DNA from: Clostridia bacterium
Lineage (GTDB): Bacteria > Bacillota > Clostridia > TANB77 > CAG-465
Length of the DNA: 64,000 bases
Assembly (NCBI GenBank): GCA_028684095.1
Contig: JAQUGQ010000001.1
Span: 67,817 to 131,816 of the forward strand
Direction of reading: 5' to 3'
The notes under the pieces are model-generated. The model was not told the origin of the DNA, did no database searches, and was given only the letters and a program-made list of their open reading frames with translations. The position numbers and the translations under genes were made by a program. Positions 1-9,437 of the stretch are shown here, one piece after another (the stretch's first letter is position 1; the number at the start of each line of letters is the position of its first letter).

Positions 1-342
1 TAGCTCTAAAATCATTTTCATCACCAATTCTTGAAATACTATCAATATAACTCTTATCCACATTTGTAGCCTTAATTTCATGATTTGAACCATCAAATGT
101 TACTATAGAAGAATATTTAGGTTCATATGTATCTAATATTACCTTATTTAACTCATTTACTTTATTCTCAGCTGGAATATTAGCACCCATAATTTCAAAC
201 ATACTTTGTATAACTCTCATCGCAGATAAATTTTTAGATACTATTGTATAATAGCCTATTTGCTTATTTTTAATTACAAGCATTATAGAGAGAGCTCCTG
301 AAATTATAATTAAAATAATTACTAGAATTAATAAACCTGTCA
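1..342 (-). CDS. hypothetical membrane-anchored protein, 5' part only (gene runs off the left edge)
   Basis: ATG at 342-340 preceded by AAAAAGGTG. Translation MTGLLILVIILIIISGALSIMLVIKNK... has an N-terminal TM helix and stays open to position 1. It is absent from the ORF track because the window edge truncates it. Confidence 0.4.
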
Positions 343-366
343 TAATAATATCACCTTTTTCCTTAG

Positions 367-2136
367 TTATTTTACTTCTTTTTCAAATCCTGCTTCAGTA
401 CCATTTGAAAAATAATTTTCATTTACTTTTTTTGACTTAAAGAAAGCTGAAACATTGGATTTCTTGCTTCTTTTATGAACAGCAGCTTGATATTTATCAT
501 ATGTATTTCCTATAGGATATATTGAATTTATTAATTTATTCAAATTATTCTTGAAATCTTCTGTAAAAGAAGAAAACAAATTAGAATATTTAAATACCAT
601 TTCAATATACTTTTTGTAATTTTCTTCGTTAAAAGGTAGAATATAATATGGTATATTACCTGAAGTAAATAATTCATCATACATTTTAAGATCATAACTA
701 GTATATGTTGCTATACCATCTAATATATCTTTTGCTGTAAGAGCACACTTAACATGTTTGTTAATAATTACTCTTATCTTGCTCATTGGTACACCTCTAT
801 TTTTAAGTTCTCTCAAAAATAATGTAATTTGATTAATATTTAATATGTCCATATCTTGAACAACATATACTTCTTGACATAGTCTAAAATAGTCTGTAGG
901 TGTAGTAAAATCAGCATCTATAAGAATAACATTATTGTTTTGCATAACAGTTTCAATAATTCTACTTGCATTATATGCTTTTCTATCTTCACCAGGCATA
1001 GCTGTATATACACTTAATTTATCATATATTAACGGTTCATTGAATCCATTAGAAGCATATTTTAAACTATCTGCTGCAATAGCTCTTTTACCTTCATTAT
1101 CATATGTATATATAGTATATGAATCTTTTTTTCTAGTCATATCAACAATAGCTGTTTTTATCTTACTTCTTGCAAGAGATGTAGCAATTGCATTTATACA
1201 AAATGTTGTTCCGCATTTTGGAGCTCCAATGAAACAAACTACTTTTTTATAATCTGTTGGAACTTCGTATACAGATTGATAAACTTCTTTTTGAATTGTT
1301 TCAGTAACTACTGGTGCAGAATGATTAACTTCTCTAACTACTATTCTTTCAAGCATTTCTGGTTCTTTTTTTATTTCAATAATATTAGAACCTTGTGATC
1401 CATCTAATATTTGTTGTTGGTCTTTTGTAGATACATCATTTTGTGCTGCTTGAGATATTACTACATCAGGCATATTAATTATTGTTTTATATTTTTCATT
1501 ATTAAATGAAAGATATTGTTTAACATCGGGAGCTAAAAATCTTACTATTATTTTAAGTTGTTCATCAGTATATTGAGTAGATATTCTATCAAATATTTCA
1601 TTATACTTATCAGCTATTCCATTTAAATTTTTGTAATATGAAACAATTCTTTGAAGTTCTATTTCTGATACTTGAACACTTTTATATACACTTTGTCCAG
1701 ATTTATCTTCATAATACTTTTTTACATCTTTTTTTGTAAATGGTGTATTTATGCAATCACATACTTTACCTTTAGTTCTATCTTGTCCTAAAAGTACTGT
1801 ATATACACCTAAGTTAAATAACTTAGATAAAAATTCATCACTTTGTCTTCTTCTATCAGATGCTATATAAATCAAATTCTTAGAATCATAAACATCTGTG
1901 ATATTGTCTATATTTGTAAATAGGTAATCATCGATCTGAGCATAGTTGTTAGTAGGAAACTTTTCTAACTCTTCAAGTACTACAGCTCTATCATATTGAC
2001 CTGTTTGTAATTCTTGAATAAATTGTTTAAAATAGTATACATTTTTATATTCTATTTTTTCTTTAAATCTTTCTTCGTAAAAGCTAGCTATACCTTTTAC
2101 TGTATCATCATTATTTATACCAAATAATATTTTCAT
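367..2136 (-). CDS. CpaE/TadZ-like protein: receiver-like N-domain plus ParA/MinD-type P-loop ATPase C-domain
   Basis: 589 aa. The C-terminal half has a deviant Walker A 'VVCFIGAPKCGTTF' and a 'VILIDADF' strand typical of ParA/MinD/CpaE. The N-terminal ~150 aa look receiver-like. GGGGG SD lies 9 nt upstream of the ATG. Confidence 0.6.
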   Translation of the reverse strand: MKILFGINNDDTVKGIASFYEERFKEKIEYKNVYYFKQFIQELQTGQYDRAVVLEELEKFPTNNYAQIDDYLFTNIDNITDVYDSKNLIYIASDRRRQSDEFLSKLFNLGVYTVLLGQDRTKGKVCDCINTPFTKKDVKKYYEDKSGQSVYKSVQVSEIELQRIVSYYKNLNGIADKYNEIFDRISTQYTDEQLKIIVRFLAPDVKQYLSFNNEKYKTIINMPDVVISQAAQNDVSTKDQQQILDGSQGSNIIEIKKEPEMLERIVVREVNHSAPVVTETIQKEVYQSVYEVPTDYKKVVCFIGAPKCGTTFCINAIATSLARSKIKTAIVDMTRKKDSYTIYTYDNEGKRAIAADSLKYASNGFNEPLIYDKLSVYTAMPGEDRKAYNASRIIETVMQNNNVILIDADFTTPTDYFRLCQEVYVVQDMDILNINQITLFLRELKNRGVPMSKIRVIINKHVKCALTAKDILDGIATYTSYDLKMYDELFTSGNIPYYILPFNEENYKKYIEMVFKYSNLFSSFTEDFKNNLNKLINSIYPIGNTYDKYQAAVHKRSKKSNVSAFFKSKKVNENYFSNGTEAGFEKEVK

Positions 2137-2149
2137 ATATAATTGCCCC

Positions 2150-2473
2150 CTAATTAGTTAAAGTCATAAAAGCATATACAAGTGGTAAACATTGAACAAT
2201 AGCCATAAATATTGCAATGCCTATTATTAATCTTTGACCCATAATTTTATGTTGTAATAACTCAGAACCTATAACGTAAAATTCATATAATGCATATATA
2301 AATATAACAGTCATTAATGGCCATGAATACTTCTGTATAAATATTAGCATATCAAGTATAGAATCATATATTTTATCGTTGCTTGTATAATCAGTAGCAA
2401 ACACAAAATTTGATACTAAAGTAGCAACTATTGCTATTGTTATTGCTATTATTGTAATTTTTTTATATACCAT
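2150..2473 (-). CDS. small membrane protein (signal-peptide-like N-terminus plus two hydrophobic helices)
   Basis: 107 aa. N-terminus MVYKKITIIAITIAIVATLVSNFVFATD is followed by two hydrophobic segments. The stop lies 13 nt upstream of the next gene start, so it is operonic. The topology resembles TrbC/VirB2-type subunits, but no sequence motif was recognised. Confidence 0.45.
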   Translation of the reverse strand: MVYKKITIIAITIAIVATLVSNFVFATDYTSNDKIYDSILDMLIFIQKYSWPLMTVIFIYALYEFYVIGSELLQHKIMGQRLIIGIAIFMAIVQCLPLVYAFMTLTN

Positions 2474-2604
2474 AATAATTCCCTCACCTTTTTAAATCCA
2501 TTTATATAATATAATTTTACTATATTTTAATGTAAATAGCAAGTGAATTTTTAAAAAAACTATGTAATATTCAAAAAAGTCTTTAATCAAAAAAGTCTTT
2601 AATC

Positions 2605-2643
2605 AAAAAAAGTGACAATATTACTAATATTGTCACTTTTTTT
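2605..2643 (-). terminator. intrinsic terminator hairpin
   Basis: Perfect 12-bp stem agtgacaatatt/aatattgtcact (2611-2622 / 2626-2637) with a 3-nt loop, flanked by an A6 run and a T run. It lies directly downstream of the small CDS 2646-2783. Confidence 0.6.
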
Positions 2644-2645
2644 AA

Positions 2646-2783
2646 CTATCTTCTCATTCTTCTTCTAAATCTTCTCATTCCTTTTTTACCATTTTTTACT
2701 GCATTCATTACATTATCACTATTCATTGCACCTAAAGCTACTCCAACCATTACTCCAGTAACAATTCCTTTTACGAAACTCAT
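2646..2783 (-). CDS. small protein (45 aa), glycine-zipper hydrophobic N-terminus and highly basic tail
   Basis: Below the ORF-track cutoff. ATG at 2783-2781 follows AAGGAG with 8-9 nt spacing. Translation is MSFVKGIVTGVMVGVALGAMNSDNVMNAVKNGKKGMRRFRRRMRR. A terminator follows immediately. Confidence 0.5.
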   Translation of the reverse strand: MSFVKGIVTGVMVGVALGAMNSDNVMNAVKNGKKGMRRFRRRMRR

Positions 2784-2807
2784 AGCTAAACATCTCCTTT
2801 CTATTAC

Positions 2808-3179
2808 TTATATCCTTCCCTTTTTAAAGGAAATCAAACTTGAAATTATTTCATATATTCCAATTATTAGTATAAAAATGTAAAAATATTTTTTTAAATC
2901 TTGTTCATCAATGATTTTAGCAAAATGTACACCTATATAACTGCCAATTAAACACAAAAATATAATTTTAAAAAATATTTTTATGTCAAATTTTTTGCTT
3001 TTAATATTATTCATAGTTGCGGCTATACCAACAACCACAAACATTATTAAATTATATCCCATACTAGTTTTGTAATCTAGTAAATTAAATGCTGTTATAA
3101 GCAATATAAATATGCTTCCTCCACCAACACCACTACCAGCTAATATAGCTGAAAAAATACTAATTATAATAAACAACAT
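2808..3179 (-). CDS. TSUP (TauE/SafE) family transporter, half-size subunit
   Basis: 123 aa with 4 predicted TM helices and Gly-rich helices (AGSGVGGGSIF) as in TauE/SafE. It is adjacent to a second half-size ORF. Confidence 0.6.
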   Translation of the reverse strand: MLFIIISIFSAILAGSGVGGGSIFILLITAFNLLDYKTSMGYNLIMFVVVGIAATMNNIKSKKFDIKIFFKIIFLCLIGSYIGVHFAKIIDEQDLKKYFYIFILIIGIYEIISSLISFKKGRI

Positions 3180-3184
3180 ATTAT

Positions 3185-3526
3185 TTACCTACTCAATCCA
3201 CAAATCGCAAGTGAAACAACTATAATTCCAGAAACTAAATTAAGTATTTTAGAATCAATTTTATTCATAATTTTACTGCCAATTATTCCGCATATTCCAG
3301 ATATGCATATAATTAAAATAATTTTATCAAATTCGAAATTTACAATATTACGCAATCCAAATATACTAAATATAGAAGTAATACATAAAACAGCAATACT
3401 TGTAGTTCTCCCTACATGTGAATCAATTTTCAAAATAAAAACCAAATATAAAATTATAATATTTCCAGCTCCACTTGCAAAAAAACCATTTACAAAACCT
3501 GAAATCAATCCAACAAAATATATCAT
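3185..3526 (-). CDS. TSUP (TauE/SafE) family transporter, half-size subunit
   Basis: 113 aa with 4 predicted TM helices (GFFASGAGNIII). It is separated by 5 nt from the partner ORF, in a different frame. Confidence 0.6.
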   Translation of the reverse strand: MIYFVGLISGFVNGFFASGAGNIIILYLVFILKIDSHVGRTTSIAVLCITSIFSIFGLRNIVNFEFDKIILIICISGICGIIGSKIMNKIDSKILNLVSGIIVVSLAICGLSR

Positions 3527-3615
3527 ATTTATATTATCTGTAATTTTTCAAAAAATATAAAAAAAGACATAAACTTTAATTTACATCTTTTTCATATTTT
3601 ATATATTAGTATTTA

Positions 3616-3936
3616 TTATAATTCTATAACTTCTTTTAAAAATATTTTATTTTCAAAACCACCTTTTTTATTTCTTTTGTTTTTAACAATATTTTCAAAT
3701 TCTAAAACATCAATATTTTTAAATTTAAGTATCGAAAGTATTACTTCCATAATATCTGCCAATTCTTCCACATTATCATCCTTTTGATATTCATTTACTT
3801 CTTCTAATAATTTTTCATCTAATTTTTTCTTATATTCATTATTATCTAATATTTCTGTTATAGGATGCTCTCCATTTTTTGTTATAATCTCTGGTATCAT
3901 ATCTCTAACTAATTTGTTATACACTTTTTTTTTCAT
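3616..3936 (-). CDS. MazG-like nucleoside triphosphate pyrophosphohydrolase (phosphoribosyl-ATP pyrophosphohydrolase-like)
   Basis: 106 aa. 'YNKLVRDMIPEII' and 'EELADIMEVI' match the small all-alpha MazG/HisE-like family. Confidence 0.7.
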   Translation of the reverse strand: MKKKVYNKLVRDMIPEIITKNGEHPITEILDNNEYKKKLDEKLLEEVNEYQKDDNVEELADIMEVILSILKFKNIDVLEFENIVKNKRNKKGGFENKIFLKEVIEL

Positions 3937-3985
3937 ATTTTACCTCCACTATTATTATATTTTTTAAAAAGAATCATAGTTACTA

Positions 3986-5476
3986 TTAAAGTTCACCCGA
4001 AACCGCAAGCACGGGACGAAACCCAAAAATACTGTAATCTACACCATAGTCATCATTGAAATCAAACATTCCAGTACCAAGACCATCGCTAAAGTATCCA
4101 CCACGAATAAAGAACGGAAATATTGAAGAAGGCATAAATGAGTTATCACCATACCATGATGTATCTCCTACATAAAAACTTGATGTTTCATATACTGCAT
4201 CTCCTACTTTACTAGAATTTGCTATATAATTTCCACTTTGTGTATCTCCATCTGATATATATACATCTTTATATTGGCTTGATGCACTCAATAAACTTGG
4301 ACCATATGTTGTCAAACTTTCATTCCCATTATCCACATATGCTGCTGTATATTCCCATGCTCCTCCACTCATATCATATACTCCATATACATTTCCTGTT
4401 GTACTTGCTTGTACTCCATATGTTAAATCATCATATGGATATGTTGATGTTGTACCTGATGCACTTGCACTTGTTCCTGCTTGTCCTGTTGTATAATTGA
4501 TACTTGGATTTATCCATACCTCGCCAGTTTTTCCATATACACTACTAGAAAGATAAGCTACTGCTCCCCATTCTATATTTTTCATTAAATGAGTATCTAT
4601 TCCTGTCCCACTTGTTCCCCAACCATATTTAGTTCCATATGTTGTTTCCATATTTCTACATGCTGTAAACATTGCATCTATCGTTATAGATCTTAATGAT
4701 GATATTCCTGGTTTTAAATCTATTGCTACTGTGCTTCCACTTGCTTCAAATTTTGCTACCCATATTCCTGTAAGCTCTGCAGTTCCAAATGTAAATGCTG
4801 GATGTACAGTATATCCAACTGTTGCAGTTTGTGTTATACTTTTTAAAAAATTTACTGCTATTATTTGTGCTGTACTGCTATGTGGTGTTGTTATTTTATA
4901 CTCATATCTTGGTATCCATACCCACATACTTCCATCTGCTGTTTGTGCATTTGCCCATTCTTTATTTTCATAATTATACCATGTTGCATCTGTATTTGGA
5001 CTTGATACTGTTATCCATGAACTACCGTTCCATTTTTTTGCTGTCATTCCTGTTGATAGTATTGGACTATTTACAGTTGATTGTTCTATTCCTATTTCTG
5101 TAAGCCAGCTTACCTCTATACTATCTGAACCTGCATATACCAATTTGCCATTTTCTATTTTAAACTTTACTCCATCTTCTGGTGTTATACTTGTTATATA
5201 TTGTTTTATTGTTCCATTAACATTACCTTCGGTTCCATTCCATACTCCTGCCTTAAATGTACTTGGACTAAACAAATTATCTTGCAAATATTCTTTTGAA
5301 ATAACTAATGCAAGTTCTGAATTATATGAAGCGACATTAGATCCAAATGTTGCTTTATTTGCGCTTGTTATTGGATTGTTATTTGCTAAGCTTAATATTA
5401 CTGCTCCTGCTAATATTATTATAACTATTATTGTTATTACTAATACTATTAATGATATACCTTTATTTTCTTTCAT
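3986..5476 (-). CDS. pilin-like N-terminal anchor fused to an FGE-sulfatase/SUMF1-type domain
   Basis: 496 aa. N-terminus MKENKGISLIVLVITIIVIIILAGAV has K-G followed by a hydrophobic helix, with no Glu at +5. The C-terminus has 'VYGVYDMSGGAWEYT' and a terminal 'GFRPVL', hallmarks of the FGE-sulfatase fold. It is a paralog of 40934-43057, 43436-44716 and 44872-46155. Confidence 0.7.
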   Translation of the reverse strand: MKENKGISLIVLVITIIVIIILAGAVILSLANNNPITSANKATFGSNVASYNSELALVISKEYLQDNLFSPSTFKAGVWNGTEGNVNGTIKQYITSITPEDGVKFKIENGKLVYAGSDSIEVSWLTEIGIEQSTVNSPILSTGMTAKKWNGSSWITVSSPNTDATWYNYENKEWANAQTADGSMWVWIPRYEYKITTPHSSTAQIIAVNFLKSITQTATVGYTVHPAFTFGTAELTGIWVAKFEASGSTVAIDLKPGISSLRSITIDAMFTACRNMETTYGTKYGWGTSGTGIDTHLMKNIEWGAVAYLSSSVYGKTGEVWINPSINYTTGQAGTSASASGTTSTYPYDDLTYGVQASTTGNVYGVYDMSGGAWEYTAAYVDNGNESLTTYGPSLLSASSQYKDVYISDGDTQSGNYIANSSKVGDAVYETSSFYVGDTSWYGDNSFMPSSIFPFFIRGGYFSDGLGTGMFDFNDDYGVDYSIFGFRPVLAVSGEL

Positions 5477-5604
5477 TTAGAATTCCTCCTGTTTTTTATT
5501 AAATAAATATGCTAATATAGGATAAATAAACTAGTAATTTAATTATATTGTATATTTATTTCTTTGTCAATACGTTTCTAAATATTCTATTTGTTCCTAT
5601 AAAA

Positions 5605-6300
5605 TTATTCTTCTTGTAATAATATTTTACCTAAACTTTTTTGTACTTTTGTTTCAATTCTTGATACATATGATCTAGAAATACCTAATCTATCAGCAAC
5701 TTCTTGTTGTGTTTTTGGTATTTTTTTATCTAGTCCATATCTCATTGTCATTATATCTCTTTCTCTTTTAGATAATTTTGTATTTATATATTCAATCATT
5801 TGATCTGTTATAACTTTATTATATATTGTATCTATTGGATCTTTTTCTGCGATTACTAATGTATCTAATAATTCCATATCATTACCGTCTTTATCAGTAC
5901 CAATAATACTATTCATTGAAATTTCAGCTTGATTTTTTTTAGTTGAACGTATATACATTAATATTTCATTATCTATACATTTAGAAGCATATGTACTTAT
6001 TTTAAACCCTTTCTCTTCTTTAAAACTATTTATTGCTTTTATAAGTCCTATCGTACCTATAGAAGTAAATTCCTCTATATCTTGTTCTTTATTAGTATAT
6101 TTTTTAGCTATATGAACTACAAGTCTTAAATTATGTTCTATTAACTTATTTTTTGCTTCTCTATCTCCCTCAAAATATTTTTTTAAATAATATTCTTCTT
6201 CTGTTTTACTAAGCGGTTCTGGGTATAAATTTTCGGATTTTATATAACCAAACAAGCAAAATATATACGATAAAATATTACCAAAAAAAGAAAAAAACAT
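5605..6300 (-). CDS. sigK: RNA polymerase sporulation sigma factor, pro-sigma-K type
   Basis: 231 aa. A hydrophobic pro-sequence MFFSFFGNILSYIFCLFG is followed by 'YIKSENLYPEPLS', comparable to B. subtilis pro-sigma-K 'SYVKNNAFPQPLS'. Also present are 'LIEHNLRLVVHIAKKY', 'IGTIGLIKAINSF' and a region 4 HTH 'QQEVADRLGISRSYVSRIE'. The gene is uninterrupted. Confidence 0.8.
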   Translation of the reverse strand: MFFSFFGNILSYIFCLFGYIKSENLYPEPLSKTEEEYYLKKYFEGDREAKNKLIEHNLRLVVHIAKKYTNKEQDIEEFTSIGTIGLIKAINSFKEEKGFKISTYASKCIDNEILMYIRSTKKNQAEISMNSIIGTDKDGNDMELLDTLVIAEKDPIDTIYNKVITDQMIEYINTKLSKRERDIMTMRYGLDKKIPKTQQEVADRLGISRSYVSRIETKVQKSLGKILLQEE

Positions 6301-6500
6301 ACGAACACCTCCATCAATATTTATTAAATATATATGTGAAATTTGTCATTTCTTGACTATTAACTTGTACTTAATTATTTAATAAATTAAGATACTTTAT
6401 TATAAATTCATGTTTTTTCTAAGTATTAATTAATTTTATATACTTTATTAAATATTTTAATGATATGTAAAATATATTTATATTATAAGGGGTAGTGTTT

Positions 6501-6662
6501 ATGCATGTGTTTTATTTGAATAGAAAATTTATATATTTAGCTCTTATTATATTGATATCAATATATATAGTGCTTTTCTATGCTTTATCATTAAAATTAG
6601 CTTTGACTAAATACACAGAAATAAGTATATATAATGAAACCGGAATATATACAGCTAAGTAA
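6501..6662 (+). CDS. possible small membrane protein (53 aa)
   Basis: Below the ORF-track cutoff. ATG at 6501 follows AAGGGG with 8 nt spacing. Translation is MHVFYLNRKFIYLALIILISIYIVLFYALSLKLALTKYTEISIYNETGIYTAK, with one TM helix. It is the only plus-strand ORF with an SD in the 480-bp sigK-obg spacer. Confidence 0.3.
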   Translation: MHVFYLNRKFIYLALIILISIYIVLFYALSLKLALTKYTEISIYNETGIYTAK

Positions 6663-6783
6663 TACTTCCATAAAATTCACTATAATATACTTATATTTCA
6701 CAAATTCTTTGTTTTTTACTTTTATGATTGTTATAAAAAGCAAAAAAGTACTACAAACTTAATTGTAATACTTTAATTTATAT

Positions 6784-8055
<1,272 letters not shown>

Positions 8056-8115
8056 TTAATTTTCTCCTATTCATGTTGTTAAAACAATTTATTAATATTT
8101 TGCATGTGTACTAGA

Positions 8116-9129
8116 TTAATTATTCTTAAAATAATTAATTTTCATAGCTTTTTTCACTTTCTTCATTGTTTGTCTAGCTTTCTTTCTTGCTTTTTTTATT
8201 CCTTCTTTAAGTATTTGTTCAACTAGTTCTGGTCTTTCTTCATAATATTTCCTTTTCTCTCTAATTGGAGCTAAAGTTTTAGTAATGTTTGATGCTAGTT
8301 GTTTTTTACAATCAACACATCCTCTTAAACCTTGTCTACATTCTAAAAATACTTTTTCTTTATCTTTTTCACTAAATATATCATGATAATATCCAACCAT
8401 ACATTTATCTGGGTTTGCCTTATCATATTTTTTTATTTTTGTTTCATCTGTTATTGCAGACATAACTTTCAATGTTATTGTTTGTTCATTATCTGATAGA
8501 TATATTGCATTACCTAAACTTTTTCCCATTTTATTATTACCATCTAAACCTTTTACTCTTGCAACATTACCAATCATAGCTTTAGGTTCAGTTATAACAT
8601 CACCATATAATGAATTAAATTTTCTAACAATTTCTTTTGCTTGCTCAATCATAGGGAGTTGATCTTCACCAACTGGTACTATATCAGCATTAAATGCTGT
8701 TATATCAGCAGTTTGACTTACAGGATATCCAAGGAAACCATATGTTAAAGAATCACCCTCTACTCCAAATAATTCTTTCTTTTGACTTATTTCCGTTTTA
8801 ACAGTTGGATTTCTTTCTAGTCTAGCAACTGTAACTAAATTAGAATAAAATATAGTGAGTTCTGCAATTTCTGGTATCATAGACTGAATAAATATTGTAC
8901 TCTTATCTGGATCTATACCACATGCTAAGTTATCCATAGTAACTTCCAAAACATTTTTCCTAACTTTTTCTGGATTGTCAAAATTATCTGTTAAAGCTTG
9001 CACATCAGCTATTATTATATATTGATCATATTCATCTTGAAGTTTTGCTCTATTTTCAAGAGACCCCAAATAATGTCCTATGTGTAACTTTCCTGTTGGT
9101 CTATCACCTGTCAAAATTATTTTTTTCAC
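8116..9129 (-). CDS. trpS: tryptophan--tRNA ligase
   Basis: 337 aa. HIGH motif 'GKLHIGHYLG' and KMSKS motif 'KMGKSLGN'. Size and sequence match class I TrpRS. Confidence 0.92.
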   Translation of the reverse strand: MKKIILTGDRPTGKLHIGHYLGSLENRAKLQDEYDQYIIIADVQALTDNFDNPEKVRKNVLEVTMDNLACGIDPDKSTIFIQSMIPEIAELTIFYSNLVTVARLERNPTVKTEISQKKELFGVEGDSLTYGFLGYPVSQTADITAFNADIVPVGEDQLPMIEQAKEIVRKFNSLYGDVITEPKAMIGNVARVKGLDGNNKMGKSLGNAIYLSDNEQTITLKVMSAITDETKIKKYDKANPDKCMVGYYHDIFSEKDKEKVFLECRQGLRGCVDCKKQLASNITKTLAPIREKRKYYEERPELVEQILKEGIKKARKKARQTMKKVKKAMKINYFKNN

Positions 9130-9294
9130 TTAAATCACCTTTTCTAACATATTCATTATACACTATTTTAAATGAAAAATCTATATTTAACTTAAAATAT
9201 TACATAATTTACATAATATTATTTTTTATTCTATTAAGTTATGTTACACTTATAATACAATTTGTCGAATTGTGAAGTTTTTTTTATATTTTTC

Positions 9295-9323
9295 TTGACA
9301 TACAATTTTATTGTATATATAAT
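9295..9323 (+). promoter_or_regulatory. consensus sigma-A-type promoter (TTGACA-17 nt-TATAAT)
   Basis: TTGACA at 9295-9300, a 17-nt spacer, then TATAAT at 9318-9323. It sits about 115 nt upstream of the beta-CASP gene start. Confidence 0.6.
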
Positions 9324-9437
9324 AATGTATATATATAAATTTAATAATTAATTAAGTAATTAATTATATAATTATTTATTTATTCTAAATTGAAAGTTAA
9401 AATTGGTATACAAAATAAATTTGAAGGAGATGTTTGT

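Noticed and set aside
4219-5480. Plus-strand ORFs 4219-4500, 4731-4973, 4795-5103 and 5145-5480 from the track
   Set aside because: They lie antisense to a well-supported minus-strand gene and have low-complexity L/F/I/Y-rich translations with no SD. The same applies to the other antisense track ORFs: 935-1252, 3303-3560, 9045-9275, 11236-11427, 11431-11628, 12118-12306, 13273-13551, 14653-14907, 15005-15205, 16072-16269, 18128-18443, 22056-22298, 23170-23679, 26439-26654, 27606-28046, 29258-29443, 33496-33741, 34658-34870, 36129-36854, 37373-37609, 38982-39251, 42849-43100, 43762-43950, 46835-47110, 49249-49485, 50422-50733, 51981-52223, 53330-54037, 55080-55268, 55564-55767, 61831-62031 and 62696-62962.
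5605-6300. Possible interruption of sigK by a skin-like element
   Set aside because: The ORF is continuous from the pro-sequence through region 4, so there is no insertion.
9130-9389. An expected T-box leader upstream of trpS
   Set aside because: I looked on the minus strand for the conserved T-box sequence (..GGTGGTACCGCG..; plus-strand CGCGGTACCACC) and for a terminator/antiterminator pair. Neither is present. The region is plain AT-rich DNA containing the divergent promoter of the beta-CASP gene.
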